Counted from the first letter of the stretch, positions 9,630 through 18,240 are shown. The stretch: 32,594 nucleotides of DNA from an uncultured Actinomycetota bacterium (GCA_964560595.1 CAZLME010000003.1:1-32594), one strand, 5' to 3'. The notes: generated by a model not told the origin, from the letters alone. A program made the numbers and translations.

Positions 9630-10973
9630 TTAAATAGTTATTGTTTCCTCAGGATATGTCATTTTATCTACAACACTCCTTATAGCAATAGCTAAAGATA
9701 AAGTACTGATTCCAATTCTACCAATAAACATGGTCACTATCAATATAATCTTGCTCGCTATAGAAAGCGCAGATGTTATCCCTGTGCTTAGCCCCACTGT
9801 TCCAAATGCAGATATTACCTCAAACAGAGCTTCTTTTAAAGAGCATTTTTCAAATACAAGTACGCCGATTGTTGAAATTATAATTAAAGTAATTGCTGCG
9901 ATAGTTATAGTCAGAGCCCTGTATATTAAACCGGAAGGGAGTTTTCTTTTAAGCAGGGTTACTTCGCTCCTGCCTCTTATTGAACGCAGACCTGCTGCAG
10001 CAACTGCGGCGAATGTGGTAGTTTTTATACCACCTCCGGTACCGCCGGGTGACGCTCCTATGAACATCAGGAGAACAAGGAAAAACAAAGTAGCAGGGTT
10101 TAATTTTCCAATGTTTAGTGTATTAAAACCGGCTGTTCTGGCCGTAACGGATTGGAAGAAGCTTGCTAAAATTTTAGTCGGTATTGATTCATTTTTAATA
10201 GAATCAGCGTTGTTAAATTCAAGAAGGAAAAAAATAAGCGCTCCTCCCAGTATCAGCACGGCAGTTGCTATTAATACTACTTTTGCATGCAGTGAAAAGT
10301 GCTTTACTCTTTTAAAAGCAATAATCTCGGAAATTACAGGGAAGCCGATTCCTCCGAGTATAATTAAAATCATAAATATTAGATTCAGAGGAATATCGGA
10401 TGTAAAACTATTCAGGCTGTTTGAGTATAAAGAAAATCCCGCGTTATTGAAAGCGCTTATGGTATGAAACAGGCTGAAAGTCATTGATGTTTTTATTGGA
10501 TAAAAATGTCTGAAGTGAAAAATTGCAGCCATAATAATAAATCCTATAAATTCTATAGTAAAGGTAGTCCCTGCGATTACCATAAAAAATTTGGATGCGC
10601 TGAACGGCTGCCCGGTACCAAAGCTTGTATTGATATAAAATCTATCTCTAATATTTATTTTCCTTCCCAGGATTAAACCAAAAATAGAACCGATAGTCAT
10701 GATACCCAGCCCGCCAATCTGTATCATAATAAGTATTATGATTTTTCCCAGGTCACTAAAATAAGTAGGCGTGTCCTGGACTATCAAACCTGTCACACAG
10801 ATAGCGGAAGTCGAAGTAAAAACTGCATCTATATAACTTATTTTTCCGCTCTGTGTCATCTGTGGGATTAAAAGGAGAAGCGAACCAATTAATATAGCTG
10901 CCGTAAACCCGAGCATTACATGTTTCGCGATTTTATTTTGTGTTCTGGAAGAAAATAAAGGTATCTCTTTCAT
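9630..10973 (-). CDS. ktrB: TrkH/KtrB-family K+ transporter membrane subunit
   Basis: 447 aa and polytopic. It carries repeated selectivity-filter-like segments (TGL, GGLG, AGF, GTGGG/GLSTG) typical of KtrB/TrkH. Confidence 0.88.
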   Translation of the reverse strand: MKEIPLFSSRTQNKIAKHVMLGFTAAILIGSLLLLIPQMTQSGKISYIDAVFTSTSAICVTGLIVQDTPTYFSDLGKIIILIMIQIGGLGIMTIGSIFGLILGRKINIRDRFYINTSFGTGQPFSASKFFMVIAGTTFTIEFIGFIIMAAIFHFRHFYPIKTSMTFSLFHTISAFNNAGFSLYSNSLNSFTSDIPLNLIFMILIILGGIGFPVISEIIAFKRVKHFSLHAKVVLIATAVLILGGALIFFLLEFNNADSIKNESIPTKILASFFQSVTARTAGFNTLNIGKLNPATLFFLVLLMFIGASPGGTGGGIKTTTFAAVAAAGLRSIRGRSEVTLLKRKLPSGLIYRALTITIAAITLIIISTIGVLVFEKCSLKEALFEVISAFGTVGLSTGITSALSIASKIILIVTMFIGRIGISTLSLAIAIRSVVDKMTYPEETITI

Positions 10974-11102
10974 TAAATTTTTGAATTAAATTATAATATT
11001 ATATCTTACATATAAGTTGATATTTTAATAAAATTACCAGTTTAAAACAATAACTTTATTATTTTTGACTTAATTTACAAAATGTTAAAAACTTTACAAA
11101 TA

Positions 11103-11130
11103 TTGGTATTATTTCAGCATATGCTATAAT
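11103..11130 (+). promoter_or_regulatory. candidate sigma-70 promoter with extended -10
   Basis: TTGGTA (11103-11108), a 16-nt spacer, then TGcTATAAT (TG at 11122-11123, TATAAT at 11125-11130). It lies about 100 nt upstream of the FtsB-like gene. Confidence 0.35.
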
Positions 11131-11232
11131 TATATAAAAACAAGGACTAAATTCTTAAAGATGTGGTTAAGATAGAATAATAATAAAAACGTAGCCAGGT
11201 TAAAGTAATAAAATTATAGTAAAAATATAAAA

Positions 11233-11661
11233 ATGAATGATAACATTAAAATTGTTAGCAGATTATCAAGAAAAGCTAAAATAAATATCGTAATTGTCAT
11301 TTTTTTATTTTTTATAGTAGTCACAATATTAACTTCCATAAACCAGGTAAAAGATATTGTTGAAAAAAGAGAAAAACTATTAGGGCTGGAAGAAAAATTA
11401 AACTGGTACAGAAACGAGAATATCAGGCTTTTGGCCTTTGAGAAAAGCCTTTATGAAGATGAAGCCATAGAGCTTGAGGCAAGAAAACAATTTAATATGA
11501 CTGCAGGAGAAGAAGTCAACATTTCTGTGGTTGTAGAGGAAAATACACCCTCAAAAGATTCTGAAAACAGTAACAATCTATCATCTAATGAAAAGGTATA
11601 TTCCGATTCTGATTTATGGGGGAATATAAAGATTTTCTACAATAATGAAATTAAAAAATAA
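11233..11661 (+). CDS. septum formation initiator family protein (FtsB/DivIC-like)
   Basis: 142 aa with one N-terminal TM helix, then a coiled coil and the motif DEAIELEARKQFNMTAGEE that resembles the family signature. Confidence 0.7.
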   Translation: MNDNIKIVSRLSRKAKINIVIVIFLFFIVVTILTSINQVKDIVEKREKLLGLEEKLNWYRNENIRLLAFEKSLYEDEAIELEARKQFNMTAGEEVNISVVVEENTPSKDSENSNNLSSNEKVYSDSDLWGNIKIFYNNEIKK

Positions 11662-11697
11662 TAATTCTGGATAAAAAAAATATACAGATATCTATAA

Positions 11698-12645
11698 ATG
11701 AAACTGGCAGCTATTGATATAGGCACAAACTCAACAAGACTACTCATAACAAATTATCACCATAATAAATTCATTACGCTTGAAAGAAAAATGGAGGTTA
11801 CGCGGCTGGGAAGGGATCTTGATATGAATAATAATTTCATTTCTGATGACTCTGCTAAGAAAACTCTAAAAGTTCTTTCAGCTTACGGGCGTGTAATCAG
11901 AAATCATAATGTAAGTAAATACAGGGCTATTGGGACCAGTACATTAAGGAAAGCAGTAAACAGCAAAAATTTTATATCTTCCGTAGAGAAAGATACCGGA
12001 ATAAAAGTTGATGTAGTAAGTGGAAGAGAAGAAGCGCTTTTAAGTTTTTGCGGCGCCGTAAAAAATATTAATTCAAATCTACCCGGCAGTAAATCCGGGC
12101 TTGCTTCAAGGATTCTGGTTATAGATATTGGAGGAGGAAGCAGCGAATTTATAATGGGGGATTACAATTGCAATCTGGAGTTTACCAGCAGTATAGATAT
12201 AGGATGTGTCAGTTTAACTGAAAGGTTTATTAATTCCGGTGTACCGGATGAGAAAAAAATAAATCAAATGCGGAATTATATTGAAGATAGAATCAGGAGC
12301 ACAATCGAAGATATAAAAAAGTTTAAATCTTTATCCATAGTGGGTGTTGCCGGCACGATAACCACTCTAGCAGCAGTTGATTTAAAATTAGAAGAATATG
12401 ATAGTGAAAAAATACACGGACATATATTGAATCTTAAAATAATTGAAGAAATATATGATTTTTTATGCGGGATGAACTTTGAGGATAGGAAAAAGGTAAC
12501 AGGGCTTGACCCAAAAAGAGCTGATATTATTATTGGCGGAACGGAAATTGTTCTGACGATTTTAAAAATGCTCGGTAGAAGAGAAATCCTTGTAAGCGAG
12601 AGAGATATTCTGGACGGGATCATTTACACCCTTATCGATTTTTGA
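11698..12645 (+). CDS. ppx: Ppx/GppA family phosphatase (exopolyphosphatase / pppGpp phosphohydrolase)
   Basis: 315 aa. ASKHA-fold motifs are AAIDIGTNSTRLL, DIGGGSSEF and a second GVAGT segment. Confidence 0.85.
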   Translation: MKLAAIDIGTNSTRLLITNYHHNKFITLERKMEVTRLGRDLDMNNNFISDDSAKKTLKVLSAYGRVIRNHNVSKYRAIGTSTLRKAVNSKNFISSVEKDTGIKVDVVSGREEALLSFCGAVKNINSNLPGSKSGLASRILVIDIGGGSSEFIMGDYNCNLEFTSSIDIGCVSLTERFINSGVPDEKKINQMRNYIEDRIRSTIEDIKKFKSLSIVGVAGTITTLAAVDLKLEEYDSEKIHGHILNLKIIEEIYDFLCGMNFEDRKKVTGLDPKRADIIIGGTEIVLTILKMLGRREILVSERDILDGIIYTLIDF

Positions 12646-12672
12646 TAATATGAATCAGCAAATTTAACCCCT

Positions 12673-12760
12673 GCCCGAGTGGCGGAATTGGTAGACGCAA
12701 CGGACTTAAAATCCGTTGAGGTTTTACCTCGTGCCGGTTCGATTCCGGCCTCGGGCACCA
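12673..12760 (+). tRNA. tRNA-Leu, anticodon TAA, CCA encoded
   Basis: I folded the cloverleaf by hand. The acceptor is GCCCGAG/CTCGGGC. The anticodon stem is ACGGA/TCCGT with loop CTTAAAA. It has a long variable arm and the T arm GCCGG-TTCGATT-CCGGC, and it ends in CCA. Confidence 0.9.
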
Positions 12761-12766
12761 AATTTG

Positions 12767-12836
12767 ATTATCAAATTCTTTAAATTTTAGTAATTCTTTA
12801 AAAAATTGGTTCGAAATTTCATCTGTTAGGGGAGCC
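12767..12836. repeat. 70-bp direct repeat, copy A, immediately 3' of tRNA-Leu
   Basis: It aligns without gaps to 14859-14928 with 56/70 identical positions by hand count: ATTATCAAATTC..TTTTAGTAATTCTTT..TTGGTT..TTAGGGG..CC. Confidence 0.75.
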
Positions 12837-13003
12837 AGCGAAATTAGTTTTTTCATCTATTTTTTTAATGAGACTTTTAGTCTTTGCTTTTGTCCAGTAG
12901 TATTTTGATGCATTCTTCAGTAGCTAGGCCTCACACCATGTAGAAGGGGAATATTATACTATAATTTATTTAATTCAAGTTATCATTTTCATTAAGAATA
13001 TTA

Positions 13004-13050
13004 TTGACATAATTGAAAATGAATGATACTACTTACTTAATGCTAAGTAA
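13004..13050 (+). promoter_or_regulatory. candidate promoter plus 7-4-7 palindromic operator upstream of the TetR gene
   Basis: TTGACA lies at 13004-13009 with only a weak -10 (GATACT/TACTAC near 13025-13032). The palindrome TTACTTA-atgc-TAAGTAA lies at 13033-13050, 20 nt before the ATG. This is the usual place for a TetR autoregulatory operator. Confidence 0.4.
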
Positions 13051-13070
13051 AATAATATAGGTGAGTAAAT

Positions 13071-13679
13071 ATGTGTGCAAAGGAAAGAATCAGAGATAAG
13101 GATTCAACAGTACAAAAAATCTTAAGTGCAGCAGAAGAGGTCTTTGCTAAATATGGATTCAATGCATCATCTATCAAAATGATCTCGGATAAATCGGGTA
13201 TATCGGATGGATTAATTTTATATCACTATAAAACAAAGAAGAATCTTTATAAATCTGTAAGGGAAAAAACTGCTAAGCGTTATGGTGATGTATTAGAGGC
13301 AAATCTTAAAATGATTGGTTTACCCAAAAAAATGATTCTTCAGAGTATTGAGACAGTATTTAAATTTTGTAAGAATGACAAAACATACAGTAGGATATCT
13401 TTATGGTCATACCTTGAAGGTGAAAATGATATTGTTGAAAACGAGGCTAAGATTACAGGTAAAATAGTTGAAATCGGGAAGTGGCTTCAGAAACAGCGTA
13501 TCCTGAAAAAAAATGTAGAATTAATTGTACTATTGACCATTCTTATTGGCTCGATACATTTTTGGCTGAGATACAGGAAGCAATATATAAAAATGCTTAA
13601 TATGGGTAAAACAATTGACGAGTTAGACAAAATATTTATAGAACAAATCTATGAAATAATATCAAAGGAGATCTTGTGA
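13071..13679 (+). CDS. TetR/AcrR family transcriptional regulator
   Basis: 202 aa. The N-terminal HTH region reads ILSAAEEVFAKYGFNASSIKMISDKSGISDGLILYHYKTKKNLY. Confidence 0.85.
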   Translation: MCAKERIRDKDSTVQKILSAAEEVFAKYGFNASSIKMISDKSGISDGLILYHYKTKKNLYKSVREKTAKRYGDVLEANLKMIGLPKKMILQSIETVFKFCKNDKTYSRISLWSYLEGENDIVENEAKITGKIVEIGKWLQKQRILKKNVELIVLLTILIGSIHFWLRYRKQYIKMLNMGKTIDELDKIFIEQIYEIISKEIL

Positions 13680-13680
13680 T

Positions 13681-14580
13681 ATGAAGAATAATAAGTTTAT
13701 CTATAGCGAACAGGATATTGATAAAAATATTTCAGATACAGCAGTATTTGTGACCTATTTTAGGGCTTGTTCAAACAAAGAAAGGAAACTTAAAGGGCCT
13801 GACTATCTTGCAAAAGAATTTCATACTGGTTCCGCAAGACTGAAATTAAAATTATCACCTATTTTATTACCACTATTAAAGAAATATATACCTGGTACTT
13901 ATGAGTGGGTTGTTTCCAGGACTTTTCTTTTTGATGAAATATTTAAGAATGCACTTGAAGAGAATTTTAATCAGATAATCATTTTGGGTGCAGGATTTGA
14001 TTCGCGCCCTTACCGTTTTATAGATTATATAAAAAATACCAGAATATTTGAGGTGGATGTAGCGCCAACTCAGGAAACAAAGATAAAAATATTAAAGGAT
14101 AAAAAAATAAATATACCTGATGAAATGCAATTTGTTGCTATTAATTTTAATAAAGATAATCTTGCCGAAAGGTTACTCCAATCGGGATTTCAAGTAGGTA
14201 AAAGAAACCTTTTCGTATGGGAAGGTGTAACAGAATATCTTACAGATGATGCCGTTGATTCAACTTTAACTTTTATAAAGAATAACTCAATGAGAAAAAG
14301 CCTTATTGCTTTTACTTATATTTACAAAGAAGCCATTGAAGGCAATTATAATTATTATGGATCAAAAGAAATAGTTAATTTAGTATCGAAATATAAAGAA
14401 CCATACCATTTTGGAATACCTGAAGGAGAGATAAATAAATTTTTGAAAAAGTGGGGATTTAATATTGTAAAAAATTATACTCCAAATGAGTTGGAAAAAC
14501 TCTATCTTACCCTTGGAAGTGGTAGGTCCTTTGGCAAGATTAGCGGTCATCAATGTGCAGTTATTGTTGAGGTATTATGA
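13681..14580 (+). CDS. class I SAM-dependent methyltransferase, leucine-carboxyl-methyltransferase (LCM/TIGR00027-like) family
   Basis: 299 aa. It has IIILGAGFDSRPYRF (SAM motif I of the LCM family), the downstream FEVD and WEGVTEYL. It starts 1 nt after the TetR stop. Confidence 0.78.
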   Translation: MKNNKFIYSEQDIDKNISDTAVFVTYFRACSNKERKLKGPDYLAKEFHTGSARLKLKLSPILLPLLKKYIPGTYEWVVSRTFLFDEIFKNALEENFNQIIILGAGFDSRPYRFIDYIKNTRIFEVDVAPTQETKIKILKDKKINIPDEMQFVAINFNKDNLAERLLQSGFQVGKRNLFVWEGVTEYLTDDAVDSTLTFIKNNSMRKSLIAFTYIYKEAIEGNYNYYGSKEIVNLVSKYKEPYHFGIPEGEINKFLKKWGFNIVKNYTPNELEKLYLTLGSGRSFGKISGHQCAVIVEVL

Positions 14581-14716
14581 TTTATAATGAACAGAAATCC
14601 CGTTAAGAAAAATGCTGATGTATTTAGCTGATAATAAATATAGCTTTAAATTTATTTTTAAAGGCTGTGAAAGATGATAAGAAAATTGTGGCCTATTCTC
14701 AGCCTTTTGAGATAAA

Positions 14717-14776
14717 CTTATAAATCAATTTTAATCTTTATTTTAAAAGTTCTAAAATTGTCCAATACGGGGAGCC
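14717..14776. repeat. possible third, degenerate and gapped copy of the 70-bp repeat
   Basis: It ends in the same GGGGAGCC as copy A and is preceded by TTTTAAAAGTTCTAAAATTG, which resembles AAAAATTGGTTCGAAATTTC. The alignment needs several gaps. Confidence 0.3.
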
Positions 14777-14858
14777 GAATTAATTATAAAGTTTATCTAT
14801 TTTAATAATTTATTCTATAATTTTGTTTGAAATTTAAGAGATTAGGCTATAAAAATTA

Positions 14859-14928
14859 ATTATCAAATTCCTTAAGTTTTAGTAATTCTTTTATAATTTG
14901 GTTTGATGTTTCAAGACTTAGGGGCACC
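14859..14928. repeat. 70-bp direct repeat, copy C
   Basis: See copy A. On the minus strand both copies encode a similar peptide tail: ..SNQFFKELLKFKEFDN in A and ..SNQIIKELLKLKEFDN-stop in C. Confidence 0.75.
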
Positions 14929-15086
14929 ACTTCTGAATCATATTCATTACATGGGGCTTAAAAACTGGGTTCTTCACCAATAAACGGGGGTTTTACATCA
15001 ATTAAAATTTGACAAAAATGATTTATTCTAGTATTTTAAGTTTTACATAATAAAACTATATTTCATTATTTGAAACTTTTAAAATG

Positions 15087-15117
15087 ATAGAAACATTATT
15101 AAGGTAATAGAAACATT
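15087..15117 (+). promoter_or_regulatory. two 11-bp direct repeats upstream of the G+C-rich gene
   Basis: ATAGAAACATT occurs at 15087-15097 and 15107-15117, 20 bp apart centre to centre. The repeats lie between a candidate promoter (TTGACA 15009-15014, 17 nt, TATTTT 15032-15037) and the SD AAGGGGA. Confidence 0.35.
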
Positions 15118-15139
15118 TTTCAATGAAGGGGATAAGATT

Positions 15140-16264
15140 ATGCTAGAAGAAGACACAACTGTTTCAAGGAGTAACGGGACGGTAACTATAACTGCCGTCA
15201 ACAAGTTTCAGATTGGACGACCTAGTCAGACTATCGAGCTTGCGGCCAAAGATTTAGAAGCACTCGGCGAAAAGGACTTGACCAGAATCCATGTTAAAGA
15301 CGCAACTGGCAAGGAACTGCTCTGCCAGGCAGTGGACACCGATGGGGACTATACTCAGGACCAATTGATATTCCAGGCCGACTTTACTGCCGGACAAACC
15401 CAGATCTTCACAGCCACTGTAGGTGACAAGCGGGTGTATGCCAAGGACCAGTTCAGAGCCTATGGCCGCTTTGTACGGGAGAGGTGTGACGACTTCTGCT
15501 GGGAGAATGATCGCATTGCCTTTCGGATATACGGAAAGACCCTGGAGACCTGTGTCCTATATCCGTTAACCAGTAGTACAGTGGATATATGGTCCAAGCG
15601 AACGTCCCGCATGGTCATCAATGACTGGTATATGGTGGATAACTATCATGGTGATACAGGAGAAGGCGGGGATTTCTACTCGGCCGGGCTAAGCCGTGGG
15701 TGTGGCGGTAATGGTCTATGGGCGGCAGACAGACTCTGGGTCTCTAAGAATTTTGTGAATTCCCGTCCCCTGACTAACGGGCCGATCCGCGTAATGTTTG
15801 AGTTGATCTATGAGCTGTTCGAAGTTAATGGGGTAATGGTTTCTGAGATCAAGCGGATTTCTATGGATGCCGGGCAGAACTTGTGCCACTATCAAAGCAT
15901 TTACAAATCTGAAAAGCAAATGGACTTGATTACTGGTGTTGGACTAAAGAAGGTCACAGGAGAGCATTCGGATGTAAACACAGAGCGGGGATGGCTGGCT
16001 AAGTGGGAGCCCATGGAGATGAATGCCGGCGAGCAGGGTCTAGCGGCTATAGTGGATCCTAATCTCTTTGAGAAACAGACAGAAGACCAGTACAACCTTC
16101 TCATGCTGGCCCGGGTACCAGCCGATAACATTGCGTCATATTGGGCTGGTTTCTGCTGGGACAGGAGTGGCCAATTTGCAGATTTCGAGGCATGGAAGAC
16201 ATATATAGATCAGTTCGCCCAGGGGTTACTCTCGCCGATCGAAGTCAGTGTGTCGGTCCAGTGA
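15140..16264 (+). CDS. compositionally foreign protein, tentatively DUF4861-like (family seen in pectin/uronate utilisation loci); no signal peptide
   Basis: This is a 374-aa uninterrupted ORF with codon usage unlike its neighbours (CTG, GCC, GAC, CGG). The family call rests on my memory of a WENDRIAFRIYG-type motif and the overall length. It needs an HMM check. Confidence 0.55.
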   Translation: MLEEDTTVSRSNGTVTITAVNKFQIGRPSQTIELAAKDLEALGEKDLTRIHVKDATGKELLCQAVDTDGDYTQDQLIFQADFTAGQTQIFTATVGDKRVYAKDQFRAYGRFVRERCDDFCWENDRIAFRIYGKTLETCVLYPLTSSTVDIWSKRTSRMVINDWYMVDNYHGDTGEGGDFYSAGLSRGCGGNGLWAADRLWVSKNFVNSRPLTNGPIRVMFELIYELFEVNGVMVSEIKRISMDAGQNLCHYQSIYKSEKQMDLITGVGLKKVTGEHSDVNTERGWLAKWEPMEMNAGEQGLAAIVDPNLFEKQTEDQYNLLMLARVPADNIASYWAGFCWDRSGQFADFEAWKTYIDQFAQGLLSPIEVSVSVQ

Positions 16265-16380
16265 GGTGAGGATTAGGGGCAGATCTGGTGTGGATCTGGG
16301 ATCAGACCATGACACAAATCAACTTATATAAAATAACTAAAGCATTAGAAGCTAAAGTTGATGACTTATTAAAGTAAAAA

Positions 16381-16935
16381 TTAATGATTATTTTTAACCG
16401 GTTTTTTAGTTGAAGAAGGTTTTTCTTTTGTCCTGGTCTTTGCAGTTTCTTTTGTTTTAGCCTTTTTAACCGATTTTTGTTTGGAGACTTTAGCACTTTT
16501 TTTAGCAGCAGCATGTGTTTTCTTATTATCGGAAATCTTTTTATTTTTATTTTCACTTATAGTTTCTTTTTTAAAGGGAATATCTTTTTTAACTTTAATT
16601 TTCTCTTTTACTTCAGCTGTTTTTAAAGGTTTATTTTCTTTTTTTGCTGAAGTGATTTTTTCCAGAATCTTTATGGTATTATCCAGATCCTCCAGATATT
16701 TAGTATTATCTGAAGAGCTGAAAGGTTTGTTACCACGATGATATTTAGTATCGGTAAAGGTTAACTTTTTAAAATCGTTTATATCCCTGGTGAAATCCGA
16801 AGGAAGCATTTTTAAAAGGTTCATGGTGCTGGCATGCCAGGTCTTAAATCTAAAGTCTTTGCTGTTTAAATTCCTTAAGGGTCCGGCTTCTTTTAGCTTT
16901 TTATTAATTTTTTCTGATAATTCTTTGTCCATCAT
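16381..16935 (-). CDS. hypothetical protein with about 100-aa N-terminal domain and Lys-rich low-complexity tail
   Basis: 184 aa. The tail reads KKTHAAAKKSAKVSKQKSVKKAKTKETAKTRTKEKPSSTKKPVKNNH (histone-H1-like composition). I recognised no family for the N-terminal part. Confidence 0.55.
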   Translation of the reverse strand: MMDKELSEKINKKLKEAGPLRNLNSKDFRFKTWHASTMNLLKMLPSDFTRDINDFKKLTFTDTKYHRGNKPFSSSDNTKYLEDLDNTIKILEKITSAKKENKPLKTAEVKEKIKVKKDIPFKKETISENKNKKISDNKKTHAAAKKSAKVSKQKSVKKAKTKETAKTRTKEKPSSTKKPVKNNH

Positions 16936-17207
16936 TTTTCCTGTATTTTTTATATAGTTAACAGTTTTTCATTTTATCATATTCTTTACCTATTATGAAT
17001 TTTAAATTATAGGGTTTTTAAAGTTTTCGTCTTAAGTCAGAGATAAGAACAATGGCGCTGTAAGAAAATAATATATGGATTCAGGTGATAAAAGATTTAG
17101 TTTTATTGTTTTTTTCAAATTTCCAACAATCTATAAATTAATAATAAAAAGTGATAACATTAATCAGTGTTGAAAAGATTTATATTCAACCAGAGGGAGG
17201 GAATAAA

Positions 17208-17648
17208 ATGAAAATTGAAAGCCCTGCTTTTAAAGATAATGAATTAATACCGCCGGAATATACCTGCGATGGTGAGAAAGTAAACCCACCTTTAATTATA
17301 AGCGATGTCCCGGTAAGTGCGAAAAGTCTGGTTCTAATTGTAGATGACCCTGATGCTCCGGGAGGAACCTTTATTCACTGGACTGTATGGAATATTGGCC
17401 CGGATACAAAGGAAATTCCGGAAAACAGCTGTCCGCAGAATGCAGTAGAGGGGATGACTGACTCGGGCAGACCCGGATACTGCGCACCAAGCCCTCCTTA
17501 CGGGACCCACCGTTATTTCTTTAAACTTTTTGCACTGGATACCACCCTGGACCTTGGTGCTTCTGCCAGAATAGCAGATATTGAACATAAGATGGAGGAG
17601 AACATAGTGGCAAAAGCACAGCTGGTGGGGTTATACAGGCGTAATTAA
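17208..17648 (+). CDS. YbhB/YbcL family Raf-kinase-inhibitor-like (PEBP) protein
   Basis: I chose the ATG at 17208, which follows the SD GAGGGAGG (17193-17200). Motifs are DDPDAPGGTFIHW and GTHRYFFKLFALD. Confidence 0.85.
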   Translation: MKIESPAFKDNELIPPEYTCDGEKVNPPLIISDVPVSAKSLVLIVDDPDAPGGTFIHWTVWNIGPDTKEIPENSCPQNAVEGMTDSGRPGYCAPSPPYGTHRYFFKLFALDTTLDLGASARIADIEHKMEENIVAKAQLVGLYRRN

Positions 17649-17652
17649 ATTT

Positions 17653-17668
17653 ATTTACTTAAGTAAAT
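17653..17668. terminator. 16-bp perfect palindrome filling the 20-nt gap between convergent genes (weak bidirectional terminator candidate)
   Basis: ATTTACTT/AAGTAAAT. The stem is AT-only, so any hairpin would be weak. Confidence 0.25.
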
Positions 17669-18235
17669 TTATATATATTTTTTAATCAATTTTATAATTT
17701 CAGGAATCTTTTTTTCTATTACATCTGATAATTCCATAGAAAATGTAATGGGTTTAACTGATTTATTATTATCACCGATATTTACACCGATAAGAAATCC
17801 ATCAATTTTCATATTATGCGTCAATCTAAATAACTTTAATACGTCTATAAGTTCAGTCTGGTGAAATGAAATAAAGTCCCTATCCCTGTGTCCGGAGTCG
17901 ATTATATCGTAAAGGTCATTTAAAGGTATGATGTAAATGCCGCCTTTTACGGGAATATTTTTTTTATTTTCAGTATTGCGGGTATTGAAATTTATATTGT
18001 GACAAGAATCATATGATATTTTCAGGGCATCTATAATTATGAATCTGCAATTTTTATAGGTTTCGAAAATCGGCAGTAATCTAAAACCCGCGGTCGAGCC
18101 ATCTATCAGTAAAATACTCCGGGGGAGCTTTTCTTCTTTGAGTTTCTTTATTATGTGAATTCCTATACCTTCGTCCCCGAGCAGAATATTTCCCACGCCG
18201 AGTATAATGGTATTTATGTTATTTGAATCTCCCAC
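17669..18235 (-). CDS. [NiFe] hydrogenase maturation endopeptidase (HyaD/HybD/HoxM family)
   Basis: 188 aa with a GTG start. The N-terminus ILGVGNILLGDEGIGIHIIKKL is typical of the family. It is the last gene of the hydrogenase unit, 5 nt after the metF stop. Confidence 0.8.
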   Translation of the reverse strand: MGDSNNINTIILGVGNILLGDEGIGIHIIKKLKEEKLPRSILLIDGSTAGFRLLPIFETYKNCRFIIIDALKISYDSCHNINFNTRNTENKKNIPVKGGIYIIPLNDLYDIIDSGHRDRDFISFHQTELIDVLKLFRLTHNMKIDGFLIGVNIGDNNKSVKPITFSMELSDVIEKKIPEIIKLIKKYI

Positions 18236-18240
18236 TGTAT

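Noticed and set aside
10974-11232. Possible c-di-AMP (ydaO/kimA-type) riboswitch upstream of ktrB, as found ahead of K+ transporters in many Firmicutes.
   Set aside because: The 259-bp region is almost pure A/T on both strands. It has none of the G+C-rich paired segments or conserved ACGGGGA/CCC-type blocks that the motif requires.
12632-12856. 74-aa minus-strand ORF overlapping tRNA-Leu.
   Set aside because: It reads straight through the tRNA gene, which supplies the CPRPESNRH... part. Only its first roughly 30 codons correspond to the 70-bp repeat discussed in the findings. It is not a credible intact gene.
16302-16741. ORFs at 16302-16556 (minus strand) and 16481-16741 (plus strand) overlapping the Lys-rich gene.
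   Set aside because: They are alternative frames of the same AAA/AAG-rich low-complexity tract. The 184-aa frame is the only one with a non-repetitive N-terminal domain.
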